The notes beneath the pieces are model-generated. The model did not search any database, was not told the origin of the DNA, and saw only the letters and a list, made by a program, of their open reading frames with translations. Made by a program: the position numbers and the translations under genes. From an uncultured delta proteobacterium (GTDB taxonomy: Bacteria; Desulfobacterota; Binatia; UBA9968): DNA of 64,000 nt. Location: assembly GCA_963847445.1 (NCBI GenBank), contig CAWJZV010000034.1, positions 64,001 to 128,000 of the forward strand. Direction: 5' to 3'. Below are positions 55,403-64,000 of the stretch, piece by piece (positions within the stretch are counted from its first letter, which is position 1; every line of letters starts with the position of its first letter).

Positions 55403-56266
55403 GTGAAGATTCGCGCGCCGGCAAAAATCAATTTGTGCTTGCGGGTGGTCGGCAAACGCGCCGATGGCTATCACCTGCTCGATACGGTCATGGTGCCGGT
55501 GTCGCTCTATGATGAGATCGACATTCAGCAGCGCACCGGCGCGCGCCGCGCGGCGCCGCGTGCGCCGGTAGAAATTCGCTGCAACCATCCGCAAGTACCG
55601 TTGGGTCGGGACAATGTCGCCTATCGCGCCGCAGAATTATTGATGCAAAAAACCAAGATTAATCGACCTGTTTGCATTCGCATTCGAAAAAATATTCCCA
55701 TCGGTGCCGGGCTGGGCGGCGGTAGTACCGACGCTGCCGCGGTGTTGGTCGGTCTTAACCGCATGTGGAAACTGCGCTTGTCGGTGCGCCAATTGGAGCG
55801 GCTGGCGCTGCAACTTGGCGCTGACGTGCCGTTCTTTATTCGCGCCAAGCCGGCGCGGGCGCGTGGGATCGGCGAAAAACTCCGCTTGCTGCCGAAGCTG
55901 CGGCGCCGCTGGCTGGTACTGGCCTACCCAGGATTCCCGGTAGCGACTGCGTGGGTGTACGGAAATTTTACTCTAAAGTTGACAAAAGTTAGGGTAAATA
56001 CTAGCATTGCGACGCCGCTGGAGAGCCTGGATACGCTCGAAAAACTGCTCGTCAACGATCTCGAGCAGGTCACCATAAGGAGATATCCTGAAATCGGTCG
56101 AGTGAAAACGAAACTGTCTCTGGCAGGTGCCGTGGCGGTTCTGATGTCGGGAAGCGGCTCTTCGGTATTTGGCGTTTTCAAGTCGAAACGATTGGCTGAG
56201 CGAGGCTTTCGTCGGATGCGGCATGAGGAGGGGATCCAAGCGTTCCTGGTGCATGTTTTGAATTAA
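55403..56266 (+). CDS. ispE: 4-diphosphocytidyl-2-C-methyl-D-erythritol kinase
   Basis: APAKINL, IPIGAGLGGGSTDAA, LGADVPFF, NDLE, MSGSGS. Confidence 0.96.
   Translation: MKIRAPAKINLCLRVVGKRADGYHLLDTVMVPVSLYDEIDIQQRTGARRAAPRAPVEIRCNHPQVPLGRDNVAYRAAELLMQKTKINRPVCIRIRKNIPIGAGLGGGSTDAAAVLVGLNRMWKLRLSVRQLERLALQLGADVPFFIRAKPARARGIGEKLRLLPKLRRRWLVLAYPGFPVATAWVYGNFTLKLTKVRVNTSIATPLESLDTLEKLLVNDLEQVTIRRYPEIGRVKTKLSLAGAVAVLMSGSGSSVFGVFKSKRLAERGFRRMRHEEGIQAFLVHVLN
55979..56007 (+). promoter_or_regulatory. Internal sigma-70 promoter inside ispE (likely for spoVG/tRNA/prs)
   Basis: TTGACA-N17-TAGCAT. Confidence 0.6.
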
Positions 56267-56334
56267 AGTTAGTCAAAAGCCCATAAAAAGAACTCTACCG
56301 GCGCAACATCTGGCTCGTCCAGAAGGGGGTCCCT

Positions 56335-56622
56335 ATGCAAGTTACCGAGGTTAGGGTCTTTCCTGTCGAGGAAGATAAGCTCAGGGCTTATGTCACTATC
56401 ACACTCGATCACTGCTTTGTGATCCGGGACTTAAAAATCATACATGGCGCCACCGGGCTGTTTGTCTCGATGCCCAGCAAGAAGCGCAAGGACGGAACCT
56501 ATAAAGATATCGCGCATCCGATCAATAATGAGACGCGCCGGATGATCGAGGAAAAGATAATCGCGGAATATCAAAAAGTGCTCGCCGACGGCGGGGCGCC
56601 GACACCGGTCCATGACGATTGA
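56335..56622 (+). CDS. spoVG: SpoVG nucleic-acid-binding regulator
   Basis: MQVTEVRV, FVIRDLKII, LFVSMPSKKRKDG.YKDIAHPI. Confidence 0.95.
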   Translation: MQVTEVRVFPVEEDKLRAYVTITLDHCFVIRDLKIIHGATGLFVSMPSKKRKDGTYKDIAHPINNETRRMIEEKIIAEYQKVLADGGAPTPVHDD

Positions 56623-56670
56623 TCGGCTCTCCGGCGCGACCGGATGAGCTTCCCGGAGGAAGTTCACGGA

Positions 56671-56745
56671 TGGGCGGTCGCCAAGTGGTAAGGCCCCGGC
56701 CTTTGGAGCCGGTATTCGAAGGTTCGAATCCTTCCCGCCCAGCCA
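56671..56745 (+). tRNA. tRNA-Gln (TTG)
   Basis: TGGGCGG...CCGCCCA-G-CCA, CCGGC-CTTTGGA-GCCGG anticodon arm, GGTTCGAATCC. Confidence 0.95.
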
Positions 56746-56903
56746 GTTTCTCCTGCGAAGATTGCCCGGCTGGCCTTTGCGACATAGATTTAGTAGAACT
56801 TGAGTGGCGCCGTTCACAGAGGGACGGCGCTGCTGTTTTTTGGTGGCAGAGGTGATCGGGCTACGAATTGACGGATTTGCCTGGCACGGGTAGTGAGAAA
56901 ACG

Positions 56904-57856
56904 ATGGGTCGCACAGCCGATTTGAAAATATTCGCGGGAAACTCCAATCCGCCGCTGGCCGCAGAGATCAGCCAGTATCTCAAAGTGCCGTTGGGCAAGG
57001 CGATGGTGGACAAATTTAGCGACGGCGAGAGCAAGGTCGAAATCAAGGAGAACGTCCGCGGCGCGGATGTGTTTGTTTTGCAATCTACCTCGACGCCCGG
57101 CAATGACAACTTGATGGAGCTTTTGCTGATGCTCGACGCCTTCAAGCGCGCTTCAGCTCAACGCATCACTGCGGTCATGCCCTACTACGGCTATGCGCGC
57201 CAGGACCGTAAAGTCATGCCGCGGGTGCCGATCAGCGCTAAGTTAGTCGCCGATTTGATTACTCGAGCCGGCGCGTCGCGCATGTTGACCGATTGACCTT
57301 CACTCGGGGCAGATTCAAGGTTTCTTTGACATTCCCGTCGATAACGTTTACGCCACGCCGGTGCTGTTGGATTTTCTGCGCAAGCAAGTCGATCATACCG
57401 AGGTTACTATCGTTTCGCCGGACGCTGGCGGCGTGGAACGGGCGCGCGCGATCGCCACGCGCTTGGATGCATCGTTGGCGATTATCGATAAACGCCGGAT
57501 CGGTCCCAATGTCGTTGCCGAGATGAATATTATCGGTGAGGTCAAGGATCGGATTGCGATATTGATCGACGATATGGTCGATACCGCCGGGACATTGACC
57601 ATGGCTGCCGAAGCGCTTAAGAAAGCGGGCGCGCAAGAAAATCATCGGTTGCTGCTCGCACGCGATATTGTCCGGGCCGGCGATCAAGCGCATCGAAGAA
57701 TGCCCGATCGAACAACTGATTGTCACCAACACGATTCCCCTTGGGCCGCAGGCCCAGGGATGCGGCAAGATTAAGACATTGTCGGTCGCTCACTTGATCG
57801 GTGAGGCGATTCGCCGCACCCATGAAGAGGAATCGATCAGCTCTCTATTCGTTTAG
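56904..57856 (+). CDS. prs: Ribose-phosphate pyrophosphokinase (two apparent frameshifts, probably sequence errors)
   Basis: [44 protein letters not shown]. Confidence 0.95.
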
Positions 57857-57874
57857 TCAGAGGAGGTAGTTCCC

Positions 57875-58517
57875 TTGGATACTCTGGAAATACAGGTTGA
57901 AGCACGCGATAAGCAGCGTAAACGTGACGCCAGACGGTTGCTCCGCGACGGTAAGATTCCGGCGATTCTGTACGGTCCGAAAACTGACGGCGGTCACCTT
58001 GGCGCTCGACAAGAAACAATTCTCTCGGCGCGTCGCGGGCCTGCAAGGTTCCCACCTGGTCCGGTTGAAATCGGCGTCGGCGACGCTCGCCGAAAAGGTT
58101 GCCCTGGTGAAGGACATGCAATTTCATCCGATCAGCGGCGACGTGATCCATGCCGATTTCTACGAAGTCGATCTTTCCGCGAAGATTCAGGTGCATGTGC
58201 CGCTCCACTTTGTCGGCAAGGCGGTTGGTATCGTAAACGGCGGTATTCTTCAGCCGATCTTGCGCGAGATCGAAGTCGAGTGTTTGCCGCTCGATATTCC
58301 GGAATTTTTCAACGTTGACGTAACCGCTCTGGACATCGGCGATTCGGTTCATATTGAAGATTTGCAGATGCCTGACGGGGTCGTGTCGGTTGCCGAAGAC
58401 AACCTGGCGCTGGTGGCAGTCGTGCCGCCGACTGTTGAAGCCGTTGCAACGACGACGGCTGAACCCGTGGAAGGCGCCGCTGTTGCGCCGGTGGACGCTA
58501 AAGCGGACGCCAAATAA
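57875..58517 (+). CDS. rplY: 50S ribosomal protein L25/Ctc (frameshift at ~57987)
   Basis: GGAGG SD, ARRLLRDGKIPAILYG, QFHPI..HADFY, LDIGDSVH. Confidence 0.93.
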
Positions 58518-58565
58518 GGATAACCCCTAGGCGGCAGGTCTTGCGCTTTCATCGAGATTGGCAGT

Positions 58566-59150
58566 GTGAAAATCGTCGTTGGTCTAGGGAATCCAGGAAG
58601 CAAGTACGACGGCACGCGGCATAATATCGGTTTCCTGGTTATCGACAACTTGGCGCGGCAGCACAATATCGCTCTGGATCAGCATCGATGCGATGCTCTG
58701 ATTGGACTGGGGATAAGTCACGAAGAGCCTTTGTTATTGGCCAAGCCGGAGACTTTCATGAACCGCAGCGGCGTGGCGGTGGCGGCGCTGCTCCATCAGT
58801 ATGGAGTAACGGCGGCGGATTTGGTGGTCATCTACGATGACCTGGATTTGCCGCTGGGCCGGATCAGGATTCGCACCAAGGGTAGCGCCGGCGGCCATCG
58901 CGGTGTCAGTTCGATTATCGAGCATTTAGGCGGCGTGCCGTTTAACCGCATCCGCATCGGTATTGGCCGTCCGCCCGAAGGGACAGTTGCCATCGACTAT
59001 GTGCTCGCGCCCTTCGGTGCAGCTGAAATGGCTGATTTGTCCACGGCCGTCGAACGCTCCGCGGCCGCGCTTGGCTGTCTGATCCATCAGGGCGCGGCGG
59101 CGGCCATGGGTGTTTATAATCGCGCGCTTGACGAAAACGACACATTGTAA
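58566..59150 (+). CDS. pth: Peptidyl-tRNA hydrolase
   Basis: VGLGNPG..Y..TRHNIGF, KPETFMN, DDLDL, GGHRG. Confidence 0.96.
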   Translation: MKIVVGLGNPGSKYDGTRHNIGFLVIDNLARQHNIALDQHRCDALIGLGISHEEPLLLAKPETFMNRSGVAVAALLHQYGVTAADLVVIYDDLDLPLGRIRIRTKGSAGGHRGVSSIIEHLGGVPFNRIRIGIGRPPEGTVAIDYVLAPFGAAEMADLSTAVERSAAALGCLIHQGAAAAMGVYNRALDENDTL

Positions 59151-59203
59151 ACGCCAAGTGTGTATGTTAGAAAGACAATTTTCCTGTGGAGGGTAGTAAC
59201 ACG

Positions 59204-59632
59204 GTAACATTATACGAAACTCTTTTTGTTGTTCATCCGGAAAAAGGGCCGAGAAATAAAGAATTTATCGAACGATTCAACAAGGTCGTCGAAGCTCAAG
59301 AGGGCACCATCGTGCAGGTCGAAGAATGGGGACTGCGCGATCTCGCCTATCGCATCGAGAAACAAGCCAAGGGTTTCTATACCTTGATGCGCTACAAGGC
59401 CACCGGCAAGGCGGTTGCCGAGCTCGAGCGTAATCTTAAGCTCACCGACGGCATTCTGCGCTACCTGACAACGCGAGCGGTAGAGGATAGCCCGATGACC
59501 AGTCCGTCGGCGCCACGGGTGTATAGTGATGAACCGCCGCGGCGAAACTACGACGACAGAAGAAACTACGACGACAGACGGAACTACGACGATAATAGGT
59601 CGCGTGGGGGCGACCGCGAACCTTCTGCCTAG
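59204..59632 (+). CDS. rpsF: 30S ribosomal protein S6 (start uncertain)
   Basis: YETLFVVHP, EEWGLRDLAYRIEK, ELERNLK..ILRYL. Confidence 0.92.
   Translation, partial: VTLYETLFVVHPEKGPRNKEFIERFNKVVEAQEGTIVQVEEWGLRDLAYRIEKQAKGFYTLMRYKATGKAVAELERNLKLTDGILRYLTTRAVEDSPMTSPSAPRVYSDEPPRRNYDDRRNYDDRRNYDDNRSRGGDREPSA
59543..59596 (+). repeat. 18-bp tandem repeat x3 encoding (R)RNYDD in the S6 tail
   Basis: CGAAACTACGACGACAGA AGAAACTACGACGACAGA CGGAACTACGACGATAAT. Confidence 0.9.
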
Positions 59633-59791
59633 ATCGGCGTGGTATCCTTCGGGTCGCGTGAGGTTGGCTTTGATTTGCCGATCACTCGAGTTCCGGATAA
59701 TCGCCCGGTTCCCCAAAATGGTTGTACTTCCAGTCGCACGAATAGATCCACGGCTAGGAAGAGCAAGACGAAACAAGAGGTAGCGTAATTT

Positions 59792-60085
59792 ATGGCACAG
59801 TACGAACGGAGCCCGAGACCTAGCCGCGAGCGGTCCGATGAAGACAAGGGCGGCCAGCGTCGCCGGCCGATGTTCCGGCGCAAGGTTTGTCGTTTTTGCG
59901 CCGATAAGAGCCTGCGGATCGATTATAAGGATCTGCGGACGATTTCTTCCTTCGTCAGCGAGCGCGGCAAGATGACGCCGAGCCGGATCACCGGCAATTG
60001 CGCGCGCCATCAGCGGCTGCTGACGACCGCGGTCAAGCGCGCGCGCAGCATTGCCTTGCTGCCGTTTACTACCGCCAACACCTAA
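59792..60085 (+). CDS. rpsR: 30S ribosomal protein S18 (Zn-binding type)
   Basis: [29 protein letters not shown]. Confidence 0.97.
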   Translation: MAQYERSPRPSRERSDEDKGGQRRRPMFRRKVCRFCADKSLRIDYKDLRTISSFVSERGKMTPSRITGNCARHQRLLTTAVKRARSIALLPFTTANT

Positions 60086-60108
60086 ATTCGTTTCTCTGGC
60101 CAACATCC

Positions 60109-61062
60109 ATGCAGCGGCTAGAAGTCATTACCCGGTTTCTATTGGCTCTAGCCTTGAGCGTGTTTTTGTTCATGAGCGGGATCAGTTTGCCGCCCATCGG
60201 CGCGCTACTGCTGCCGTTTGTCGCCCAGCCGGTGCTGTTGTTTGGCGTCAAATACGGTATTGGCCATGGCCTCGGCGTGGTACTCGTCGCGCTCTTGCTG
60301 TTGGCGATCTTTGGCGGCACCGAACTGAGCTTGCTGTACGGCGTATTCGCCGTCCTGGCGGGAGCGCTGTTGGCGCTGGTCGGCCGGCTGCGCAGGGTTG
60401 AGTATCTTGTTGTCGCCGCGGCCACGGCGATGTTTGCTTGGGCGCTCGGTGTGGCCCGCTACTTTTTCGGCTCTTGGGCGGCGCTGGCGGGAGACTTCCG
60501 CGCCGGTGTGTCCCAACAGTTCGCGGCAGCGACGCGCATGCAGGAACAGCTAGGTTTCTCCAAGGAAAGCTTGGAACTGGTAAAAGAAAGAATGCCACAG
60601 CTGATCGATATGACTTTACAGCTCCTCCCGGGTTTGCTGTTTTTGACCTTTGCGATTGTCGCCTTGATCAATCTTCTTTCGCTGCGGCGCCGTTTCCCCG
60701 AGCGCCGAAGCGCATGGTTCGCGATCGAAAATTTCCGCAACTGGAAAGCGCCGGAACCGCTGGTCTGGGGGCTGATCGCGAGCGGCTTTAGCTTGTTTTT
60801 CCCGCTTGCCGACCTCGCGCGTCTGATCGCCATGAATCTGTTGCTGATCGTCGGTGCTTTTTACTTTGCCCAGGGGTTGGCGGTGATCGCGTTTTTTTTT
60901 CACAAAAACAACGTGCCGCGGTTCCTGCGCGGCATTACCTATATCTTGATCGTGTTTCAACAAATCTTTACGCTGATGGTTGTTGGGCTGGGGCTGTTCG
61001 ACCTATGGGGCGATTTTCGCCGCTTGGGTAAAGACAACCTGACTCCGAGCCAAGCGTCCTAG
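60109..61062 (+). CDS. DUF2232/YybS membrane protein
   Basis: Position between rpsR and rplI; QGLAV, GLFDLWGDFRR. Confidence 0.88.
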   Translation: MQRLEVITRFLLALALSVFLFMSGISLPPIGALLLPFVAQPVLLFGVKYGIGHGLGVVLVALLLLAIFGGTELSLLYGVFAVLAGALLALVGRLRRVEYLVVAAATAMFAWALGVARYFFGSWAALAGDFRAGVSQQFAAATRMQEQLGFSKESLELVKERMPQLIDMTLQLLPGLLFLTFAIVALINLLSLRRRFPERRSAWFAIENFRNWKAPEPLVWGLIASGFSLFFPLADLARLIAMNLLLIVGAFYFAQGLAVIAFFFHKNNVPRFLRGITYILIVFQQIFTLMVVGLGLFDLWGDFRRLGKDNLTPSQAS

Positions 61063-61072
61063 TGGAGGAACC

Positions 61073-61519
61073 ATGGAAGTTATTCTCAAAGAAGATATCG
61101 CCAATGTCGGCAAGATCGGCGAAGTCGTGCGCGTGCGCGACGGTTATGCGCGGAATTTCTTACTGCCGCGCGGGCTGGTGCTGGAGGCCAACAAGAAAAA
61201 TTTGAAGACCTTCGAGCATTCAAAAAAAATCATCGCCGATCAGAAAACCAAGGTGCTGCGCCAAGCTCAAGCCGTGGGCGATCAATTGGCCGGCGTGTCA
61301 TTGATCATTCCGATGAAGGTCGGCGAAGAAGGCAAGCTGTTCGGTTCGGTGACTAACATGCAGATCGAAAAGGCGCTCAAGGCCAAAGGACTCGTCGTCG
61401 ACCGGCGCAAGATTCATTTGAACGAAACGATCAAGGTCGTCGGCGACTACGACGTGCCGGTCAGGTTGTCGGCGGATCTGACGGTAACGCTCAAAGTGTC
61501 GGTGGTGGCGGACAGCTAA
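61073..61519 (+). CDS. rplI: 50S ribosomal protein L9
   Basis: MEVILKEDI..G..GEVVRVRDGYARNFLLP, GKLFGSVT. Confidence 0.97.
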   Translation: MEVILKEDIANVGKIGEVVRVRDGYARNFLLPRGLVLEANKKNLKTFEHSKKIIADQKTKVLRQAQAVGDQLAGVSLIIPMKVGEEGKLFGSVTNMQIEKALKAKGLVVDRRKIHLNETIKVVGDYDVPVRLSADLTVTLKVSVVADS

Positions 61520-61681
61520 AGCTAGGCGTATTCATAGAGTCCAATCATCGGTCCGATCACGATGGGGTGGGCGCGTCAGTGTCCCATCCCATTTTTATTT
61601 GTGGCGGTTCCCTGGTGCGCCGGTGGCAATCGAATTGCGGTAACCTCGCCGGGTGAAGCCTGCGCAGACGAAGTATTACCA

Positions 61682-62575
61682 ATGAGATCCACAGCAGCCA
61701 CCTCGCCTGCGCTATTTGGCATCGAGCGCGGCCGGCTACTTATCCTGGCGGCCGCGATTCTCTGGAGTCTCGCCGGCGTGTTTATCAAATTCCTCGATAT
61801 CCATGCGCTGGCTATCGTATTTTACCGCAGTTTGTTCGCTGCGCTGGTATTCATGCCGTTTTTGAAGCGGCGTGATTTTCGCTGCAGTGGCACGATTGTG
61901 GTTTCGGTCTTGAGTTACACCGCGGCGATCAGCGCGTTCGTCTCCGCCAATAAACTGACCAGTGCCGCTAATGCCATCGTGCTCCAGTATACGGCGCCGA
62001 TCTTCGTGTTTTTGTTTTCGTGGCTGGTTATGCGGGAAAAAATCGCCAAGGCCAATCTATTTGCCCTGGCGGTGGCGATGCTCGGTATCGGCATCATTTC
62101 ACTCGACAGCGCCGGTGAGCCCGAGATGGCGGGGGTCGCGCTTGCGCTGGTGAGCGGCGTGCTGTTCGCGGCTTATATGATCAACCTGCAACGCACGAAA
62201 GGTATCGCTCCGGTGTATTTGACCTGGGTCAACAATCTCTTCTGCGCGTTGTTGCTCTTCTGGTTTGTTCAAGCCCAGCTGGCGTTGACGGTGAATCAGG
62301 CGATGATTCTCGCCGTCATGGGGGCGGTGCAACTCGGTGCGCCTTATTATCTCTTTTCCAAGGGACTGCAGACGGTGTCGTTGCCGGAAGCATCGCTGAT
62401 CGCGTTGATCGAGCCAGTGCTCAATCCGCTGTGGGTCGCATTGATCGTCGGCGAGTTGCCGTCAACCGCCACCGTTCGGGGCGGCGCGTTGATCTTGTTC
62501 GGTCTCGGCGTGCGCTATGTTTGGCCGTTGGTCATAACGCACACCGAAGACGAGCGCTACGAATCAGAGAAGTGA
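61682..62575 (+). CDS. EamA/DMT-family transporter
   Basis: Two EamA repeats, LQYTAP, IEPVLNP. Confidence 0.88.
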   Translation: MRSTAATSPALFGIERGRLLILAAAILWSLAGVFIKFLDIHALAIVFYRSLFAALVFMPFLKRRDFRCSGTIVVSVLSYTAAISAFVSANKLTSAANAIVLQYTAPIFVFLFSWLVMREKIAKANLFALAVAMLGIGIISLDSAGEPEMAGVALALVSGVLFAAYMINLQRTKGIAPVYLTWVNNLFCALLLFWFVQAQLALTVNQAMILAVMGAVQLGAPYYLFSKGLQTVSLPEASLIALIEPVLNPLWVALIVGELPSTATVRGGALILFGLGVRYVWPLVITHTEDERYESEK

Positions 62576-62585
62576 TTTCGTTTCC

Positions 62586-63005
62586 TCATCCGGCAACGCG
62601 CACGTTGCCGGGATGACGGATCTTGTCCATTTCCTCTTTAGGTAGCGTCTTGATGTCCTTGCGCAGCTCGTAATTGATATGCTGGATCGCTTCCGACGGC
62701 CCGGAGCGGTTGCCCATGAGCACCATCGGACCGCTGCCGGTATTCTCTAACTGATAGAACGAGCCGCCGGTGATGGTTGCCACCTTGCCGGGTGTCATGA
62801 CCACCTTGCCGCCGTCGGGAAAGTGCATGGTGCATTCACCGTCGATGACGTAGAACGTTTGATCGGCGTTGTGGCAGTGCATGTCGTCGGCGTCGCCGGG
62901 CTTGGGGTAAACATGCACCCAGGCGTGAAACTTATTGGTGTTGAAGATGACTTGGCGTTTGCCTTCGCCCGCCTTCTTAACCATATCCACGATTTCGATG
63001 GGCAT
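62586..63005 (-). CDS. Cupin-domain protein
   Basis: GAGGAGG SD; MHCHNADQTFYVIDG cupin motif 1; LENTG. Confidence 0.85.
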   Translation of the reverse strand: MPIEIVDMVKKAGEGKRQVIFNTNKFHAWVHVYPKPGDADDMHCHNADQTFYVIDGECTMHFPDGGKVVMTPGKVATITGGSFYQLENTGSGPMVLMGNRSGPSEAIQHINYELRKDIKTLPKEEMDKIRHPGNVRVAG

Positions 63006-63143
63006 AATTCCTCCTCGGTAATTGTTCCTGTCAAATTATCGCTCTCCGGCTATGCTGTCAAATTCCGCATAGGCCAGGATTCACATTCAAAATCGATTTG
63101 TGATAGTTTTTGGCCATTCAATTTCAGAGCTTAGGAGGCAAGT

Positions 63144-64000
63144 ATGTCGATGAACTGGGGAATGGCGAATCGTTTGGCGCGAATTATCAAATCGGACGGC
63201 CGGGCGGTGATGCTCGCCGTCGACCACGGCTACTTTCTCGGACCGACGAGCGGTTTGGAAGAGCCGCGCAAAACCATCGAACCGTTGATGCCGCATGCCG
63301 ACTCGATCATGCTGACGCGCGGCGTGTTGCGTACCTCGGTGGACGCCAAAGCCGACAAGCCGATCGTGCTTCGCGTCTCGGGCGGCACGAGCATTCTGAA
63401 AGAATTGTCCAACGAAGATATTACCGTGTCGATCGAAGAGTGCATTCGGCTCAATGTCTCGGCGATCGCGTTGTCGATTTTCGTCGGCTCGGAGTTCGAG
63501 AAAGAGACTTTGGTCAGCTTGGCCAAGCTGGTCGACGAAGGCGAGAAGTACGGCATCCCCGTGCTCGCCGTTACCGCAGTGGGCAAGGACATGGCGCGCG
63601 ACGTGCGCTATCTCGGCCTGTCCTGCCGCATCGCCGCCGAGATGGGCGCGCACATCGTCAAAACCTACCACTGCGACAACTTCGAAGAGCTGATCGGCAG
63701 CTGCCCGATCCCGGTCATCGTCGCCGGCGGCAAGAAGACGCCGGAGATGGAAGCCTTAGAGCTAACTTACAACGCCGTCAAAGGCGGCGCGGTCGGCGTC
63801 GACATGGGCCGCAATATCTTCCAGTCCGATTCGCCCGTCGGAATGATCAAAGCCGTGCGCGCGATTGTCCATGAGAATGTTTCGGTCAAAGAGGCGTTCA
63901 AGATTTATGAGAGTGAGAAGACAGTAAGGCGCGAAAGGCTGCGTAAGAGCGAGCTGACGTCAGAGGAAGGGGACTGTCGCGACCATCTCCTACGTTCGCG
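63144..64000 (+). CDS. lsrF: LsrF-like class I aldolase/thiolase (runs off window end; absent from ORF track)
   Basis: AGGAGG SD; MSMNWGMANRLARII..GRAVMLAVDHGYFLGPTSGLE, AEMGAHIVKTY, AGGKK, GVDMGRNIFQS. Confidence 0.88.
   Translation, partial: MSMNWGMANRLARIIKSDGRAVMLAVDHGYFLGPTSGLEEPRKTIEPLMPHADSIMLTRGVLRTSVDAKADKPIVLRVSGGTSILKELSNEDITVSIEECIRLNVSAIALSIFVGSEFEKETLVSLAKLVDEGEKYGIPVLAVTAVGKDMARDVRYLGLSCRIAAEMGAHIVKTYHCDNFEELIGSCPIPVIVAGGKKTPEMEALELTYNAVKGGAVGVDMGRNIFQSDSPVGMIKAVRAIVHENVSVKEAFKIYESEKTVRRERLRKSELTSEEGDCRDHLLRS

Noticed and set aside
59543-59596. Short direct repeats as a possible CRISPR array
   Set aside because: Tandem 18-mers without spacers, in frame within rpsF; no cas genes in the window

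Overview
Two-part window. (1) About 1-54.5 kb is the right-hand part of a very large, mostly + strand surface-glycan/exopolysaccharide locus. It encodes five PAPS-type sulfotransferases (one degenerate), its own PAPS supply (fused sat-cysC) plus a TauE-type transporter, two DUF2334-type deacetylases, four GT4 glycosyltransferases, two NAD-dependent epimerases, two AsnB-type amidotransferases, a NodU/CmcH carbamoyltransferase, an SGNH hydrolase, a Trm112-fused methyltransferase, a priming phosphoglycosyltransferase fused to an O-antigen ligase/polymerase domain, two DUF6798-like membrane proteins, three secreted PL1-like lyases, several unanchored secreted proteins, an atypical pyruvate kinase and a terminal sigma-54 activator. 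(2) From tRNA-Arg(CCG) at 54.9 kb onward is core genome: a suhB remnant, ispE, spoVG, tRNA-Gln, prs, rplY, pth, rpsF, rpsR, DUF2232, rplI, EamA, a cupin and an lsrF-like aldolase. The ispE-spoVG-tRNA-Gln-prs order suggests a deltaproteobacterial-type lineage (e.g. Binatia; inference). Many genes, including essential prs, carry single-base frameshifts, so most breaks are probably long-read indel errors and some coordinates are approximate. All family calls come from motif recognition by eye, not database searches. The best candidate for a novel system is a non-cyanobacterial sulfated, multiply decorated glycan pathway with adjacent deacetylase/sulfotransferase pairs and an initiator-ligase fusion protein.
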